In this document: positions 1 through 12,432 of the stretch, one piece after another
Position numbering within the stretch: position 1 is the stretch's first letter
Layout of the letters: every line of letters starts with the position of its first letter
Assembly (NCBI GenBank): GCA_030295235.1
Contig: AP026172.1
Span: forward strand, 868,001 to 932,000
Source of the DNA: Fistulifera solaris
Taxonomy: Eukaryota
DNA length: 64,000 bases
Reading direction: 5' to 3'
Translations under genes and position numbers: made by a program
Notes under the pieces: generated by a model
What the model was told of the DNA's origin: nothing
Databases searched by the model: none
Seen by the model: the letters and a program-made list of their open reading frames with translations, nothing else

Positions 1-30
1 CGATTCAAAGTACTATTATCGTTCGACAGC

Positions 31-1251
31 ATGGCAAACGAGCTTATCAACAGCCCTCATTATGACGATTATGATGTTGACGACGACAATGCATCGATCG
101 AAACGGATACGAATATCAGTGCCGTCATGTGGACGGATCCTTTGTTACCTGCTCGACAATCGACACGTCAAAGAAGAAGACAACGACGACGTTTGTTGGA
201 TCGTCACGCGATTCGTCATGTCGAACGAGAACAGGCACGATCGACGACGGCTACAACAACGACTTCCTTTCGTCACATGCAGCAAACCGTTCATTGGTGG
301 TGGAATGATTGGTTTCATACCTTGGCTTATCAAAGGACCACCACACTGATTACGTATCTGTTCGTTACTTACGTGACTCTCGTATTGACGTTCGCGGGTC
401 TCTATTATACACTATCACGAACCATTGGTTGTGAAATGGATTTACACGTTCTCATGGAAGCCCTGTATTTCTCGTTAAGTACACAAGCCACCATTGGATA
501 CGGAGTTTCCGATTATTATTTTGGAGGATGTTGGACGCCCTTTGGGTTGGTCTTGGTGCAAGTTTGGACTGCGTTGTTGTTCGATGCCATCGCGATTGGT
601 TTGATTTTTCAACGATTGTCACGCGGACACAAGCGGGGCAAAACGGTATGGTTTTCGCGCGTTGCTTGTATTCGACGTGTCACGACTCAAGGCCATTCCC
701 AATGGTATTTGTACATTCGATTGGGGGAAGGACGACGGCATCCTTTGATCCAAACCCAAGTCCGAGGATATTGTGTGCGACATGAACGTTACCGAGAAAC
801 AGGGAATCATCATAACAGCGACAACACGCTGCAAACAACTCATTTTGTAACACGCCCACTTCGATGGTTAGAATCACACGTATGGATGCGTTTACCGCAA
901 GTGCTCGTGCATGCTTTGGATGAGACATCACCGTTGGTGCCACCGAAGGACGGATGGTACGATGCTCAGGGTCATTGGCGCTCCATCAACGATTCTTCGA
1001 CATTTCCCCAATCCCTCCAAGAGTATTGGCAAGATCGACAATCGGAATTGATTGTTTTGTTGGAAGGCATTGATGCTTTGACAGGTTCGATGAGTCAGAC
1101 ACAACATTCGTACACAATGGAAAATATTGTCTGGGACGCACAGTTTGTGCCGTGTGTACGACCCGACACGAATGGTGGTTGTGTGGTGGATTTTGCGCAA
1201 TTTCATGAAACCCGGCCCGTGAATGAAGATACACCCTGTCCGTATCTATGA
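31..1251 (+). CDS. Inward-rectifier potassium channel (Kir family)
   Basis: Intact 406-aa ORF with two TM helices flanking the pore signature STQATIGYG; Kir cytoplasmic motifs 'FSRVACI', 'VLVHALDETSPL', 'ELIVLLEGID...TQHSY...IVWDAQF', 'VVDFAQFHET'. Confidence 0.9.
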   Translation: MANELINSPHYDDYDVDDDNASIETDTNISAVMWTDPLLPARQSTRQRRRQRRRLLDRHAIRHVEREQARSTTATTTTSFRHMQQTVHWWWNDWFHTLAYQRTTTLITYLFVTYVTLVLTFAGLYYTLSRTIGCEMDLHVLMEALYFSLSTQATIGYGVSDYYFGGCWTPFGLVLVQVWTALLFDAIAIGLIFQRLSRGHKRGKTVWFSRVACIRRVTTQGHSQWYLYIRLGEGRRHPLIQTQVRGYCVRHERYRETGNHHNSDNTLQTTHFVTRPLRWLESHVWMRLPQVLVHALDETSPLVPPKDGWYDAQGHWRSINDSSTFPQSLQEYWQDRQSELIVLLEGIDALTGSMSQTQHSYTMENIVWDAQFVPCVRPDTNGGCVVDFAQFHETRPVNEDTPCPYL

Positions 1252-1356
1252 AATAGATGAATAAATAGTGATGCAGAAATGGGTCTTTTGAATAGTCAAA
1301 GTAAAATTACTTTTTTTTAATAAAGAGCTTATATTCACTGCTTGCTTGAGCCTCAC

Positions 1357-1849
1357 CTACAAGGTTTGGATGGTAGCTTTACTCGCCGGCAAGGGTGTTT
1401 GGCAAGCTTTGACTTTGCGGCCATTGAGAAGCACCATGCTGTGGTGAGAGAGAGAGAGAGAGAACGAGAAAGTGAGCATTCGGATGACACCTTTCTTGGA
1501 GCGACACAACTCAACAACACATACCAAGTACCACAATCCCCTTTCTGACAATTGACTGGAATACGAACCCGCACTTTGTTGGCGACGACCGTCAGTTTTT
1601 GCCCCGCCACGGCTCCAGGTACGGCTTTGCCATTGACGGTGACTTGTTCATTGTATTGCGGTCCACCGGACAGCCCGGGATCTTTGGCTTTGCCCAAAGA
1701 CTCATCATTTTGAAGGCATCTTTTAAACCACCGAAAAAGTACAAAGCGGTGGTTGTTTTCGTGGTTGTGGGCACTAGGAAGGCTCCTGTCGGAGGAACGA
1801 CAACTAGAAGAAGTATGAGAAAAAGTGGCGCTAAATGTAAGCGGGTCAT
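1357..1849 (-). CDS. Plastid-targeted 2Fe-2S ferredoxin-like protein (intron 1439-1524; 1-bp homopolymer frameshift near 1710)
   Basis: Signal peptide then 'TGA-FLVP' (ASAFAP-like). Restoring one A in TTCAAAATGATGAG gives DAFKNDESLGKAK. Splicing GTATGT..CACAG gives CQKGDCGTC-MVLLNGRKVKAC, i.e. CxxGxCGxC...C. Confidence 0.8.
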
Positions 1850-2422
1850 CTTGTGTTGAAATCTGATAATTGTGGGATAATAGAGGAGAGTAAGGAGAAG
1901 GGATGTGTTACTTCGTCAAGACGGGAGATTCAAAGGAAGAATAAGGGTTGACAAGAAAGGTATGAAGGCAGATGATGATGTAACAGCGCATTCGAGAAAA
2001 AAGTGTCACCTCTCTCTTTTGCGACGATCGAGAACAAACACGCATTTCGTTCGGCCAATCACGTCATAGTTCTATTGCATGGTAGTATGAAACCATCTTT
2101 CAGCACGTACCGGCTCTGAATTCGTTTTTTGCATAGCAGCAAGGTCACGCTCCTTTCTATGTGGATGATGATGAATGAGCCAAGTGTATAAAGTCCGTCC
2201 GTACATCAGTTACTACGTACGAATGTACAGTGAAAGATGGAACGAACGTTGAACTCTCGATCGCTCGGTTGAAGACCGTTCACCATGATGATAATGATGT
2301 TGATCTGCGATTATACTTCGTTGTGTCAACTGTATTTCTTGTAATTAGTTCTTTCTTCTTTTCTTCGACGAACACATTAATCTATCTGTGCCTTCCTTAT
2401 CGAATTAAATAATACACAAGAA

Positions 2423-3526
2423 ATGGAATTGAAACGAAGATCACAACCATCACAACCATCATCATCATCGATACAGCCTATTCGATCGAATAGCTTTCCC
2501 GAAAATGGTAGTCCTCCGAAATCGACAACGACAACGACAAAAGAAGGAGGCGCTACAACATCCACTTGGGTTTACATATTGTTACTTGTCATTGCTGTCA
2601 TTACAGTGGTAACGATTCCTCATCCCTTTCATCCGACACATCATGAACCGCCGAGTTATCAACACGTCTTTTATTACGGTTGGTTGACCGCTTTGAGTAC
2701 AGGAATGGGCGTATTGCCGTTTTTGTTTCTACCGCAAGTTCCTTCGTTCTGGATTGGTGTATCCAATGGTACGTTCATGATGTTTGTAGAATGACGAAGA
2801 ATCGTCGTTTGCGCTTCCTCATTGGACTATCATTCACTTGTCTTCATCCTTCTCCACACAGCCGTCGCTGCGGGTATGATGTTAGCGGCCAGTTATTCAC
2901 TCTTCCTCGAAGGTTACAGTCATGACGATCCCCACGATACATCCACTTGGTCCGGTCTCGTGCGAACCATCCTCGGTGCCGCACTCGGTTTACTGTTCAT
3001 TCTCTTGACCAAAAATATACTCGACCAATACGAAGATGTCAAAGTGGGTGTCTTGGGTGGAACCGATGCTCGGAAAGCCCTGTTAATCTTCTTTGTCATG
3101 ACACTCCACTCCTTCTCGGAAGGTGTCGGAATTGGTGTCAGTTTCGGCGGAACTCACGGTAGTGAATTGGGTATGTTCATTTCCGCCAGTTTGGCGGCCC
3201 ACAATGTTCCCGAAGGTTTAGCGATTGCCGTTATCTTATTGCCCCGGGGTGTTTCGACGGCAACAGCTTTGTTGTGGACGATTTCGACGAGTTTGCCGCA
3301 ACCTATCATGGCCGTTCCGGCGTACATGTTTGTGCACGAATTTGTGCCCGTCTTGCCGATTGGTTTGGGTTTTGCGGCGGGTGCCATGGTGTGGGTGGCC
3401 GTGGCGGAATTGTTGATGGAAGCGATACAAGATACGAATGTTTGGACGACAGTCATGGTCGCTATACCGTCGTGTATGGGCATGTTGTGGTTACAAGCCG
3501 CCTTGGATTATGAAACGCGATCTTAA
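2423..3526 (+). CDS. ZIP-family (ZupT/ZIP11-like) divalent metal transporter, intron 2769-2861
   Basis: Motifs 'MTLHSFSEGVGIGVSF', 'AAHNVPEGLAIA', 'GLGFAAGAMVWV...ELL'; a GTACGT..CACAG intron joins the two ORFs in frame. Confidence 0.9.
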
Positions 3527-3730
3527 TACTGCGATGTGATACGACACGAATCAACAAATTCCGACTGCACCAACGATAGTATGAGTTATACTCAGTATTC
3601 TATAAAGAAACGAGATAAGAACAAGTGTTGCATTTGCTAAAACAGAATTCATTGTAGAGTCGCCAAGTAGGGCATTCGTTCCGTTCCCTTCAGTGAATGT
3701 ATGTATGATTCAGTCTCTCTCTCTTATCGC

Positions 3731-4234
3731 TCATCGCTTCTTTCCTCCACTACTCAACAACAATCCCGCGACACCCGCCAAGATCCCGACGGCTGCCGCC
3801 GCCGCAACACTCTTGACGGCCGCATTCTGAAATTGCTGTTGCTGATACTGTTCTGCAGCTTCCATGGACGCCAAATGCAATTCTTTCGCTACGCGGGAAT
3901 GCGGTTGTGCTCGCAGTATGGCTTCACAACGCGCCCTTGCTTCTTCATAATCGCCCAACAAATACAAAGCTGTCGCGGCGCCGTACATGCAATCAATCTG
4001 ATGTTCAAAGCCGGAAGACACCAAACCATCCAATAAACTGACGGCGTATCGCAATTCGGAAGTTTCTCGTGATTTGCTTAAAGCAAACGCGTATTGAAAG
4101 GTATTGGCGGGCGACGAGTCTTGCGCACAAGCGACGGCGAGTTCTTCGAGCAAGGCACGATCGGGATGCGACGCGGCGAGTTTGTGATCTAGTTCGTCTT
4201 TGGCTTGTTTTTGACGATTAGCAGTTGTGACCAT
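3731..4234 (-). CDS. FIS1: Mitochondrial fission protein Fis1
   Basis: 'FQYAFALSKS...AVSLL', 'DCMYGAATALYLLGDYEEAR...ILRAQP' TPR-like fold; C-terminal TM anchor followed by KKR. Confidence 0.88.
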   Translation of the reverse strand: MVTTANRQKQAKDELDHKLAASHPDRALLEELAVACAQDSSPANTFQYAFALSKSRETSELRYAVSLLDGLVSSGFEHQIDCMYGAATALYLLGDYEEARARCEAILRAQPHSRVAKELHLASMEAAEQYQQQQFQNAAVKSVAAAAAVGILAGVAGLLLSSGGKKR

Positions 4235-5029
4235 TTTTGCGTTACAAAACGAAGAATAAAAAAAGACGGAAAGATTGCTTCGAGTGATATTCTACGTTTC
4301 AAATTGATGTTCGAACGATGATTGTTTTTCCAAGCGTTATGCTTTGTTTTGATGCAGCGAATAAGAATGCAATCGTGTCGTGTGTGTCGCGCTTCGAGAT
4401 TCCCTTTTCTTTTAAGTGCGGTAAGGTTACGGGTACTTGTAACTGCCCTCATCCTAATGGTCTCCTCCTAGCTAGGACCAAGACTTTGGGTCCATACAAA
4501 GTAAGGAGTAGTAGTAGCAAAGACGGCAGACAACCTTTCGCAAAATTCTTCGACGTAAAATATCATGACGTGTAATGCAAACGACGAATGGGGCTCAAGT
4601 AGTTGATAAAATTTATTCATGACTAAATTACAGTCGTGGAAAATAGAAGATACACTTACACACTGTTGTCTGTATTTCCGAGTCGGACGGAAATTCTGAA
4701 TGACTGTTCATTCTCCATAGAAGACGCTCTTGTTTACAACACTGGAACGGTACGGTACCGGTACTGGTAGCTGGTAGCCGCCTTCGGCATCTAATTGTAG
4801 CTCTTGCGCGAGACTCGTTTCGTTCTCGACCTTCCCGCACACGGAGGAGTCGTCGTGCGCTATTGTTTTCTGTCAACTTTCAGCAGAATTTCCGTCTGAA
4901 TCAAAATGCTTATACATATTCTCTGTAAACACGTACACACATCACACAGAATTTCCGTTTGATTTAAATCGAAATCGCCTACACCGACATGTCGTTAATG
5001 ACGAATTGGTGAATGGGCAAAGACCACAA

Positions 5030-5990
5030 CGAGAACGAAAAAAAGATATAGCGAATACTGTTGTCTGTTACCTACCTCGATAAAATTCCTACGAGGTCTA
5101 CATGGAAAACACGTAGACTTTCAATGTCTTGCATCTTTCCTCGTTTCTTCGCTTTGAGTCAAGTTGGTGTCGAATATTTTTTAGAAAAAAGATAGATACG
5201 TTGGTGATAAAGGTGAAGGTCATTTTTGTGGCAAAGAGACTCGAGAAGTTTTTATAAAATTCTTGTGCTAAAGAAATTCAACCACAATCAGTTATGTTCC
5301 ACTAACTTGTATTAGGGATCCGGTTTTCTTGTAGGGGTAGGACGTCAGCATAGTAAATTCTAAGAGCTACGTTGCATCATTCGTTCCATCGACGTTTCGT
5401 TTCCAAATCGAAGGCGTTCATTGCGTTTGCAATTACGGTGTACAAGGAAACGTTGACAGCTGTGCTCCAAATGCAACAACGGGATGATGACGAAAAACAT
5501 AATATCCGGGTCCTCCTACATCGACAAATTTCCTACTACGTACAAACATTATGCATAGACAGTGGAAGCGTTGTATCTTTCCACTGTTTCATGTTTCATT
5601 GTCAAATCAGACTGCTTCCTGGCTTGAATAAGTGATGTTGGGCAGCGTAATGTTGACATTGGTGTCCAAAAGACGCGAAAAAAGGTAGATCGAAATTCTA
5701 CAATATCCGGGTATCCCCTCTGTCGATAAATTTCCCTACAAGGCCTACGTGTAACACACGTAGACTTTCGATGCCATGATCTTTCCTCATTTCTTAGCTT
5801 TGAGTCAAGTTGATGTGAGTTATTGTTTACTGGTATAAAGTAAGTCTATTGATAAAAGTGACGATTGCTTTTCTTCAAAGAGATGACTCAGCAGTACATG
5901 AATAAGTATTCTCCAATTTTTCACGACGGCTACGCCCATTTCTTGTAGACTTCCAAAGCGTTGAATTTTTCATGATTGGTTTAAAGTCGA
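5030..5990. repeat. Degenerate tandem array of ~200-220 bp units (same family as 32780-33450, inverted)
   Basis: Recurring blocks TCGAyAAAwTTCC(C)TAC at 5077, 5521 and 5723; 'CACGTAGACTTTC...ATCTTTCCTC.TTTCTT.GCTTTGAGTCAAGTTG' at ~5110 and ~5757; 'AATATCCGGGT' at 5501 and 5702. Confidence 0.7.
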
Positions 5991-6709
5991 AGTTTCAATT
6001 TCCCTTCAGCTAGCAGTAACGACAATGATGAAAGTAATAGTGAATTTGGTGCAAAGCAGGCTTGATATTGGATTTGATAGTGAAGCGCCATCTTGACTGT
6101 TGATCAGAGTGTAGACGACCTTTTGTCACGACTGCAATTCTGTCATGAATCAAAACGTCCGACGAGGAGCTAACACAAACAACACGCTGCAGGATCATTA
6201 TTTTCTCGTTTCCCCGTTACTGGTAGTAATCTATTTATGAGAGAGCTTCACTTATCTCTCTTGCTAAAGGAAAGATATAAGGAAAGAACTCGCGGAAAAT
6301 GAGCGACTTTGAAGCACAAACTGCAAGTTATGAGAGCTTTCAGTTCTCTCGAAACGACAGATGATATCGATTCTCATCCCCAAACTCCTCATTCGTACGT
6401 TGCGGACGAAAGTGAAGATCGATTGTATCATGTTGCTTCCTTATGGGGTCTAGCGGAACCGCGATTGTGTCTAAAACCCGTACGCAACTAGTTTGCAGAT
6501 AGTGTAACGATGCACATGCACAGTGTCGGTGGTTGATAGCGTCACTAAAGCTTGGATGCACGGGAACTTTGCATTAATCGACCGTTCGGAGGCGGCGAAG
6601 ACGACCCACAGCAAGTGATTTACCCACATCGCGATAAGAAACCCTCACGGATCTCTTTCAGCCACGACCGGCAGTCGTCTCGCCCGTCGAAGTCTCGGAA
6701 GAAGAGGAA

Positions 6710-7958
6710 ATGATAGGGGAAGAAGAAGATGTGATTGTCAAAGGATCGTTAGCCGCCTCCATGTTTGGGATTATTAAGGGCACCGTCGGTCCCACTAGTT
6801 TGTATTTACCCCACGGGTTCGTACAATCGGGATACGCGGTCGTCATTCCCTCGATTGTACCGGCGACTATCTTGTATTTGTATTTCGCCAATACCTGTTT
6901 GTAAGAATGCTAGAACATCGAATCACGCAAACAAGACAAAATAGCCACGGCCGTGGAAGAATTGCTTGATCTCGTGGCCGAGGACCGACCGGTAGCACCA
7001 CCGAAACCGACATTATTGACGTATCCGGAATTGGCCGTCAGGGGCACTGCGTTCTTTCAACTGGGTGTCTGTTTGACATTTTTGGTCTTTGTTCCACACA
7101 ATCTAATGCAATTGACACACAATAGTTCCTCGGGAAGTTTGATTATGGACCATGGTGTTGGCGGAAATTTCCTTGGGTTGGTTGTCGGATATTCGGAGTT
7201 TGACGTGTACCAATATTTTGGCCACAATCTTGATTGCGTACGGACTAGTGGCCGTCTTATCCTTGGCGATCCATCAAGGGTGGGAGCAGGATCCTGACGC
7301 GGAAGAACGGCAATTTGTTTGTCATTGGAAACGACTTCCACCGGTCACTGACGCCTGGTTCTTGTTTGTGGGGACTTCCTTTTCATAATGGAAGGAGGCA
7401 TTACAGTGGTGGTGCCTTTACAGGAAGCTGTCGGCAGATTGGAAACGGTTTCCTGCCGTCAATGCGCACACGACATGGGGCATTATGGTCTTTCATATCT
7501 TCTTTGCGTGTATCTGTGCCGCTGCTTTGGGCGGCGAAAGTTTAAGAACCGCACTGACGGTGAGTTTACACGGCCGTGTCGCCAGCATTAAGCAATTTAC
7601 GCATTTTGTGGCGGTCTTTTTCTCGTTTCCGTTGCAAGCCTTTCCATCCTTACAAGTGATCTGTCGGGCTCTGTTGGGGGAGCAAACTTCTTGGTGGTGG
7701 CGCGGTGTGTTGACGACCGTCATTACTTTTATTTTGGATGTCATTGCTACGCTGGCGATTGATTATTTGGGTAACGTCGTGAGTCTATTGGGAAGTATGT
7801 TTGGAATACCCTTGGCGTTGGTCTTTCCTCCTTTGATGCACAATCGTTTGGTCGGTGACCGTGTCCAGATGAACTATGTGGTGGTGTGTTTCGGTCTGCT
7901 TGCCAAGGGGGCAGCATCGTATGCTACGGTAGCTTCATGGAATCAAGAAGGCGGTTAA
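6710..7958 (+). pseudogene. Degenerate AAAP/SLC36-like amino-acid transporter
   Basis: Homology fragments 'IIKGTVGPTSLYLPHGF', 'TYPELA', 'QLGVCLTFLVFVPHNL', 'MEGGITVVVPLQ', 'FSFPLQAFP', 'VSLLGSMFGIPLALVFPPLMH'. In-frame TAA (6902-6904) and TAG (6911-6913) plus several frameshifts. Confidence 0.7.
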
Positions 7959-8672
7959 TGCATGTGGAATGCGTCATGTAGATGACTGAGTTTGTGGTTA
8001 GTTCGGATTTTTCTAGCTCAGCCGCGCCCAAGTAACGCAAAGTGTTCATTAAAACCAATGTCTTTATTCGCGCCCTGTTCAACGGGATCTCAGTATACTC
8101 ACGACTCGCGGCCGTCTTCACTCTTCACACACCGCAATATTTTAGCTTAAAACTAAAGACCCAGAACTACGATGCAACATGACGCCAAGACCAAGAAGCC
8201 ACGACTTCTTTAGCTTTCTCTAGAAACTAAAGAACAAAAATTATCGCCCGTGGCTCGTATGCGCATCGCTCATTGTCTCATCTATCACCTATCACTCTCT
8301 CGTCAGACTTCTCAGCTTTCTGCTTGCAGATAATCATAGATCACGATTCACGATTCACGATATTAAGAAGCACTATTCCTTGACTAGAACGGTTTGTTCT
8401 TGTTTCTTATTCTTCGTTTCCCAATTACTGCTTCCGAATGCCAGAAAGAGTTTTTCTTATAAGTGAACGAATTTACTGAGTGCAGTACTCTCCAACTTCC
8501 GAATTCAAGTAAACGGGTGACGGCCGTAGTAAGTTTACGTAAATCTGCATTCGGTTCGACCCACAAGGACCTGTTTCACTGCTCTCACTTTTTCAAATTT
8601 CGTGAAAGCGATATCCCTCGTTCGCTGAAACTAAAATCACCTCGGAAAATTTCTCTTCTTGCCATCAGTCAT

Positions 8673-9172
8673 CATGTTCCGCCACATTGTCTCACTTTTT
8701 CTTCCTCTGTTTTCTCATGACCGTCTTCTCGACTACGGCGTACGAGTATGATGATTATGATGATTACGGGTACGGTGACCTGGTCTGTTTCGACTGGAAA
8801 TTGAACGCCAAGAAATTCAAAAAGGCTTTCGCCAAGTGGAAAGCCCCTCCGTGCTACAGTTTCACCTTCTATGACGGAGCATCCGATTCCGATGAAAAGA
8901 TCAAGCGAGCTATCAAAAACGGCAAGGCTTTGAACAAGAAGCCGTACCGTGCCTTACAGACCATCGACGACTTTTACAAGTTGATCAAAACGAAGTGCAT
9001 TCAAGACTGCCCCGACCATGGGGCATATCACTGTTACATTGAGTATGCGAAAGATCCAAAGAGTGGTTTGGTGTATCCTTCGTATGTGCAAATCCAGGAA
9101 GATCCTTACGACTTTGTTAATTATGTCAGCTATCACATTGAGGATCTGTGCGTCAAGAAGTGTGTCAAATGA
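8673..9172 (+). CDS. Small secreted Cys-containing protein, DUF6174-like domain
   Basis: Hydrophobic N-terminus (ATG at ~8673 needs a 1-bp fix in a T-run). The pattern 'AFAKW...YSFTF...IKNGK...TIDDFYKLI...IEY..DPKSGLVYPSYVQI...SYHIEDL' resembles DUF6174 proteins as I recall them. Confidence 0.55.
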
Positions 9173-9511
9173 AACCAGAATCATGTTTGAATACACCGTA
9201 GAAATAGGGTAAATACATCTAATGCATGTTAATGAAAAGTGCGATGTTTGCGGATGTGGTTATCCGTGTAGTTGCTTTTCCTTTTTTTTAAAAAAAAAAG
9301 GTCCCGAAACCGGTATAGGCCGCCGACAGCCGATAGTGTTTTCGTCGTTTGCTCTCCGTTCGGTATTGGTAATTGGTACCGGTACACAGTAGTTTCATTC
9401 TTGAAACGTGTTACCGCGACGTCTTGATCCAGTAACCTTACCGTTTTGGCTGACAGACGACAGCGATAAAAAACGAACATGATGGAGCAACTTATATCGG
9501 TAACGGCAATC

Positions 9512-11982
9512 ATGAATCAAGATGACGACTTGAGACATAGACCAAGCGATAAGGAAAAGGCATCCTTTTTTCGTCGCGTCGTCGCTTCCCTCCTCGCATC
9601 ATTTATTCGAGGATCTCATTCCTTCCGCAAAATCCTCTCTGATCGATGTCACGCATTTCTTTCAACAATGTGCGCAACAATTGACTCCCGAACATGCTTT
9701 TTTTGTGTCACGAGGAAATTCATTTCAACTTGTATGACGCCATGGCGGCCAGTCAATTGGGACACGAAAAAATGGATTGTTGTCAAGTTCCTCCGTATCG
9801 TGTGACTACTACAGAAGAACCTTACGTGTTTCCGAGACCACCACCGACGGGATTGTCGAGTGCCTTTACTACCTTATTGTGGGACGAATGGACGGAAACA
9901 CAAGTCTTGGGATTTGCCGTTCAAATATTGGTGCGCTTGCAAGCGTTGTGTACCGGGGCGTCGGTCGGAGAAAGTACCTTTACGTGTTTGTATGCGCATG
10001 CACCCGTATTACAAGAGATGGAAGAACGTTTGTTTCCTTTGGAGCTGTCCTTGTCGGAGCAGTGGAATGTGACGAACGATGCTTCACAGGTTGACACCGA
10101 CGATAAAACACTGTCATACCACGGAACACCGGAACAATTCATGATATACGCATTATCGTTATCCTTGTCAGAAATCACCAAAGTATTTCGATCGATTGTT
10201 CACAATGCCGATATTTATGAAGAAGAAGATTATGTTGCCCAAACCTATCAAATTCCTCTTTACACGTCTCGACACCAAGATTTTGTGACGGTCTTCCGAA
10301 CGGCCATGAACGTGTTTCATGAATTGTCTGAAGTTCAAGCAGCTTTGGGTTTAATTTTGTCCTTTTTGATGGGGTTCTATTCTTCCATGGCGCAGTTGGT
10401 AGGTTCATGCGTGTGCTATATCGAGAAATGCACCTCATGCATAAACAATTCTCACGTTCTTTCGGTGCTACATCAGGCCAAGTTGTCGACCAATGGAATA
10501 CTAGACCAAGTGCAGGGTATACAGACAATTGTGGTGAAAGCCGTTGATGCATTGGATTTGTTGTTGGAACAACCATCGTTGGTTTCGGTTTCGGCTCCGT
10601 CCACGGCTTTTGATCCGTACGTCTATCGACCTCGCGTCGGGAATACTCCGGTCCGACAAGTTCGGACCGTGGAGCCACGGCAAGCGATTGAAGTGTTACG
10701 AGAAATTACTCACGAGATGGATTGGAGTGTTTGTCAGCTGTTACTAAAAGCAAATTCGTTGGGACGACTGCGACGCATGCTTCAACATGTTAGTCGGAAG
10801 GATGTGAATATATTGAGTCGCTCTTTGATTGTTTTGAACTTGTACTTTGACGATCTGATTTTGGGACAATTTTCCATGGCGCAATGGATATGGGAGGATT
10901 TACTCGAATGGACAACGGTATTGGAGGATTCCAATCTGCACTTTTACAGACAGAACATTGTCATAGCTTTTTTGCAGCGATTGGCAAAGCCGATATATGA
11001 CACGTTAAAGTTACAGACATTGAATCGTAATCGGCATCGGGCTTTTATGGATGTGATTATGTTTCCCGAATGGGTTTCGTTACAGATGGAGGCCCAAGCA
11101 TTGGATGGATATCTTTGTTCGGAAGGCCATTTACAGTCGTCAACTCCCATCTTCACCCAGTATACGTTGGTCGCGACGCTTCGGCTGATGGTTCAGTACA
11201 TCACTGTCGGTTTTGAACTGGATCTATATTGCAGTCACGATGATATTGGTTTCGCTTATTGGTATCTGGACTTTCTCTTGTCTGGACTGTTGACCCATTT
11301 GAGTGCCATGAAGCAAAACAAAGACATGGCGAATATGGAGCAACGAGTGAAGGAGAGCAAAACATTGACTCTCAATGGTAGTAATAAAGGAAATCAGCGC
11401 AACAAGAAAAAGAATCAACGCCAGAAAAACAATGCACCCGAAGTAGCACCTTCTTATCGACCCACACCTCAGGACCTAGAAACAGATTTCGAATTGTCAG
11501 TGCTTGCTTTGAAGCGAAATTTGTGCCGGGGATCGTTGCGTTTTCTGGCTGCTCTTCAACAAGCAGGAATACTGAAGGAGAGGAAACACATTTTTACTTC
11601 GAAAGAACGAGTTTTTCAGGAGCGCTTCCGTGCTTTTGCGGGCATTCGACAACCGCCTCCCTTGGTGTATAAGCAGTACGCGCAAGGCTCTGATTTTTCG
11701 ACCGTGACAACGGAAGAATTGCAGCAGTCGACATCTGAATGGTTCCTATCTTGCAGACGAGCTGTTGAACACCTTCAGTCTACAGCATTGCCTTCTGTGG
11801 ACGTCGATTATGCTCCTATCCGCGAAACTGAGTTGAATTCATTGTTGAAAGTCTGCATTGGGAACAACGTATATTTGATGAAGCTTCGCCAGGCCATTCA
11901 AGATCCAAAGTGGGTGTCTTCGGTTCGAGTCGAGTTTGAAACCAAGACGCATGATCAGTTCTGTACCATTAAATTGTCTTAA
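9512..11982 (+). CDS. NAA35: N-alpha-acetyltransferase 35 / Mak10, NatC auxiliary subunit (5' end frameshifted; probable in-frame intron 10399-10476)
   Basis: 'FNLYDAMAASQLGHEKMDC', 'TFTCLY', 'IYEEEDY', 'GFELDLY...YWYLDFL'. The upstream frame encodes 'IDVTHFFQQCAQQL', matching the Mak10 N-terminus. Start codon uncertain. Confidence 0.85.
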
Positions 11983-12432
11983 AACGAAACAGAACCCATT
12001 TATCATTTAGGATTATTGAGCTAGGAGCGAGGTTTGAAAATAAAAGGTGAGAACTGATAATGATTACTATTGATAAAGTCCCATCGATTCTCCTAACTTG
12101 GCAAGACCTATTTTGTCGATTTTTTGATGCAATTACCATCAGCAGCATTTTGATGGCATGCGTCGATTCTTTAGTTTGAAAATTATTGTTGATTCGTTGA
12201 ATTCCTCAAAGATTACGGCGTATTTTTATTACTATAGACTAAAGTGTAGTCTGTTTTTGACCACGACTGCATCTTGGTCACGACCTTTGTGAGACGTATA
12301 CAAGTACAGACGATTAACCTCGAGAGCCATTCGAGTTTTTTCTCCTCCCTCCGCTATGTTTTTTCTTTTTCGTTTTGTTGACAAACCCGACAGACTCTTC
12401 TTTTTTTTTTAACGTTAGCAACTGGAAAAGAA

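Noticed and set aside
1446..1470. (AG)n microsatellite
   Set aside because: Short, intronic polypyrimidine tract on the minus strand; ordinary.
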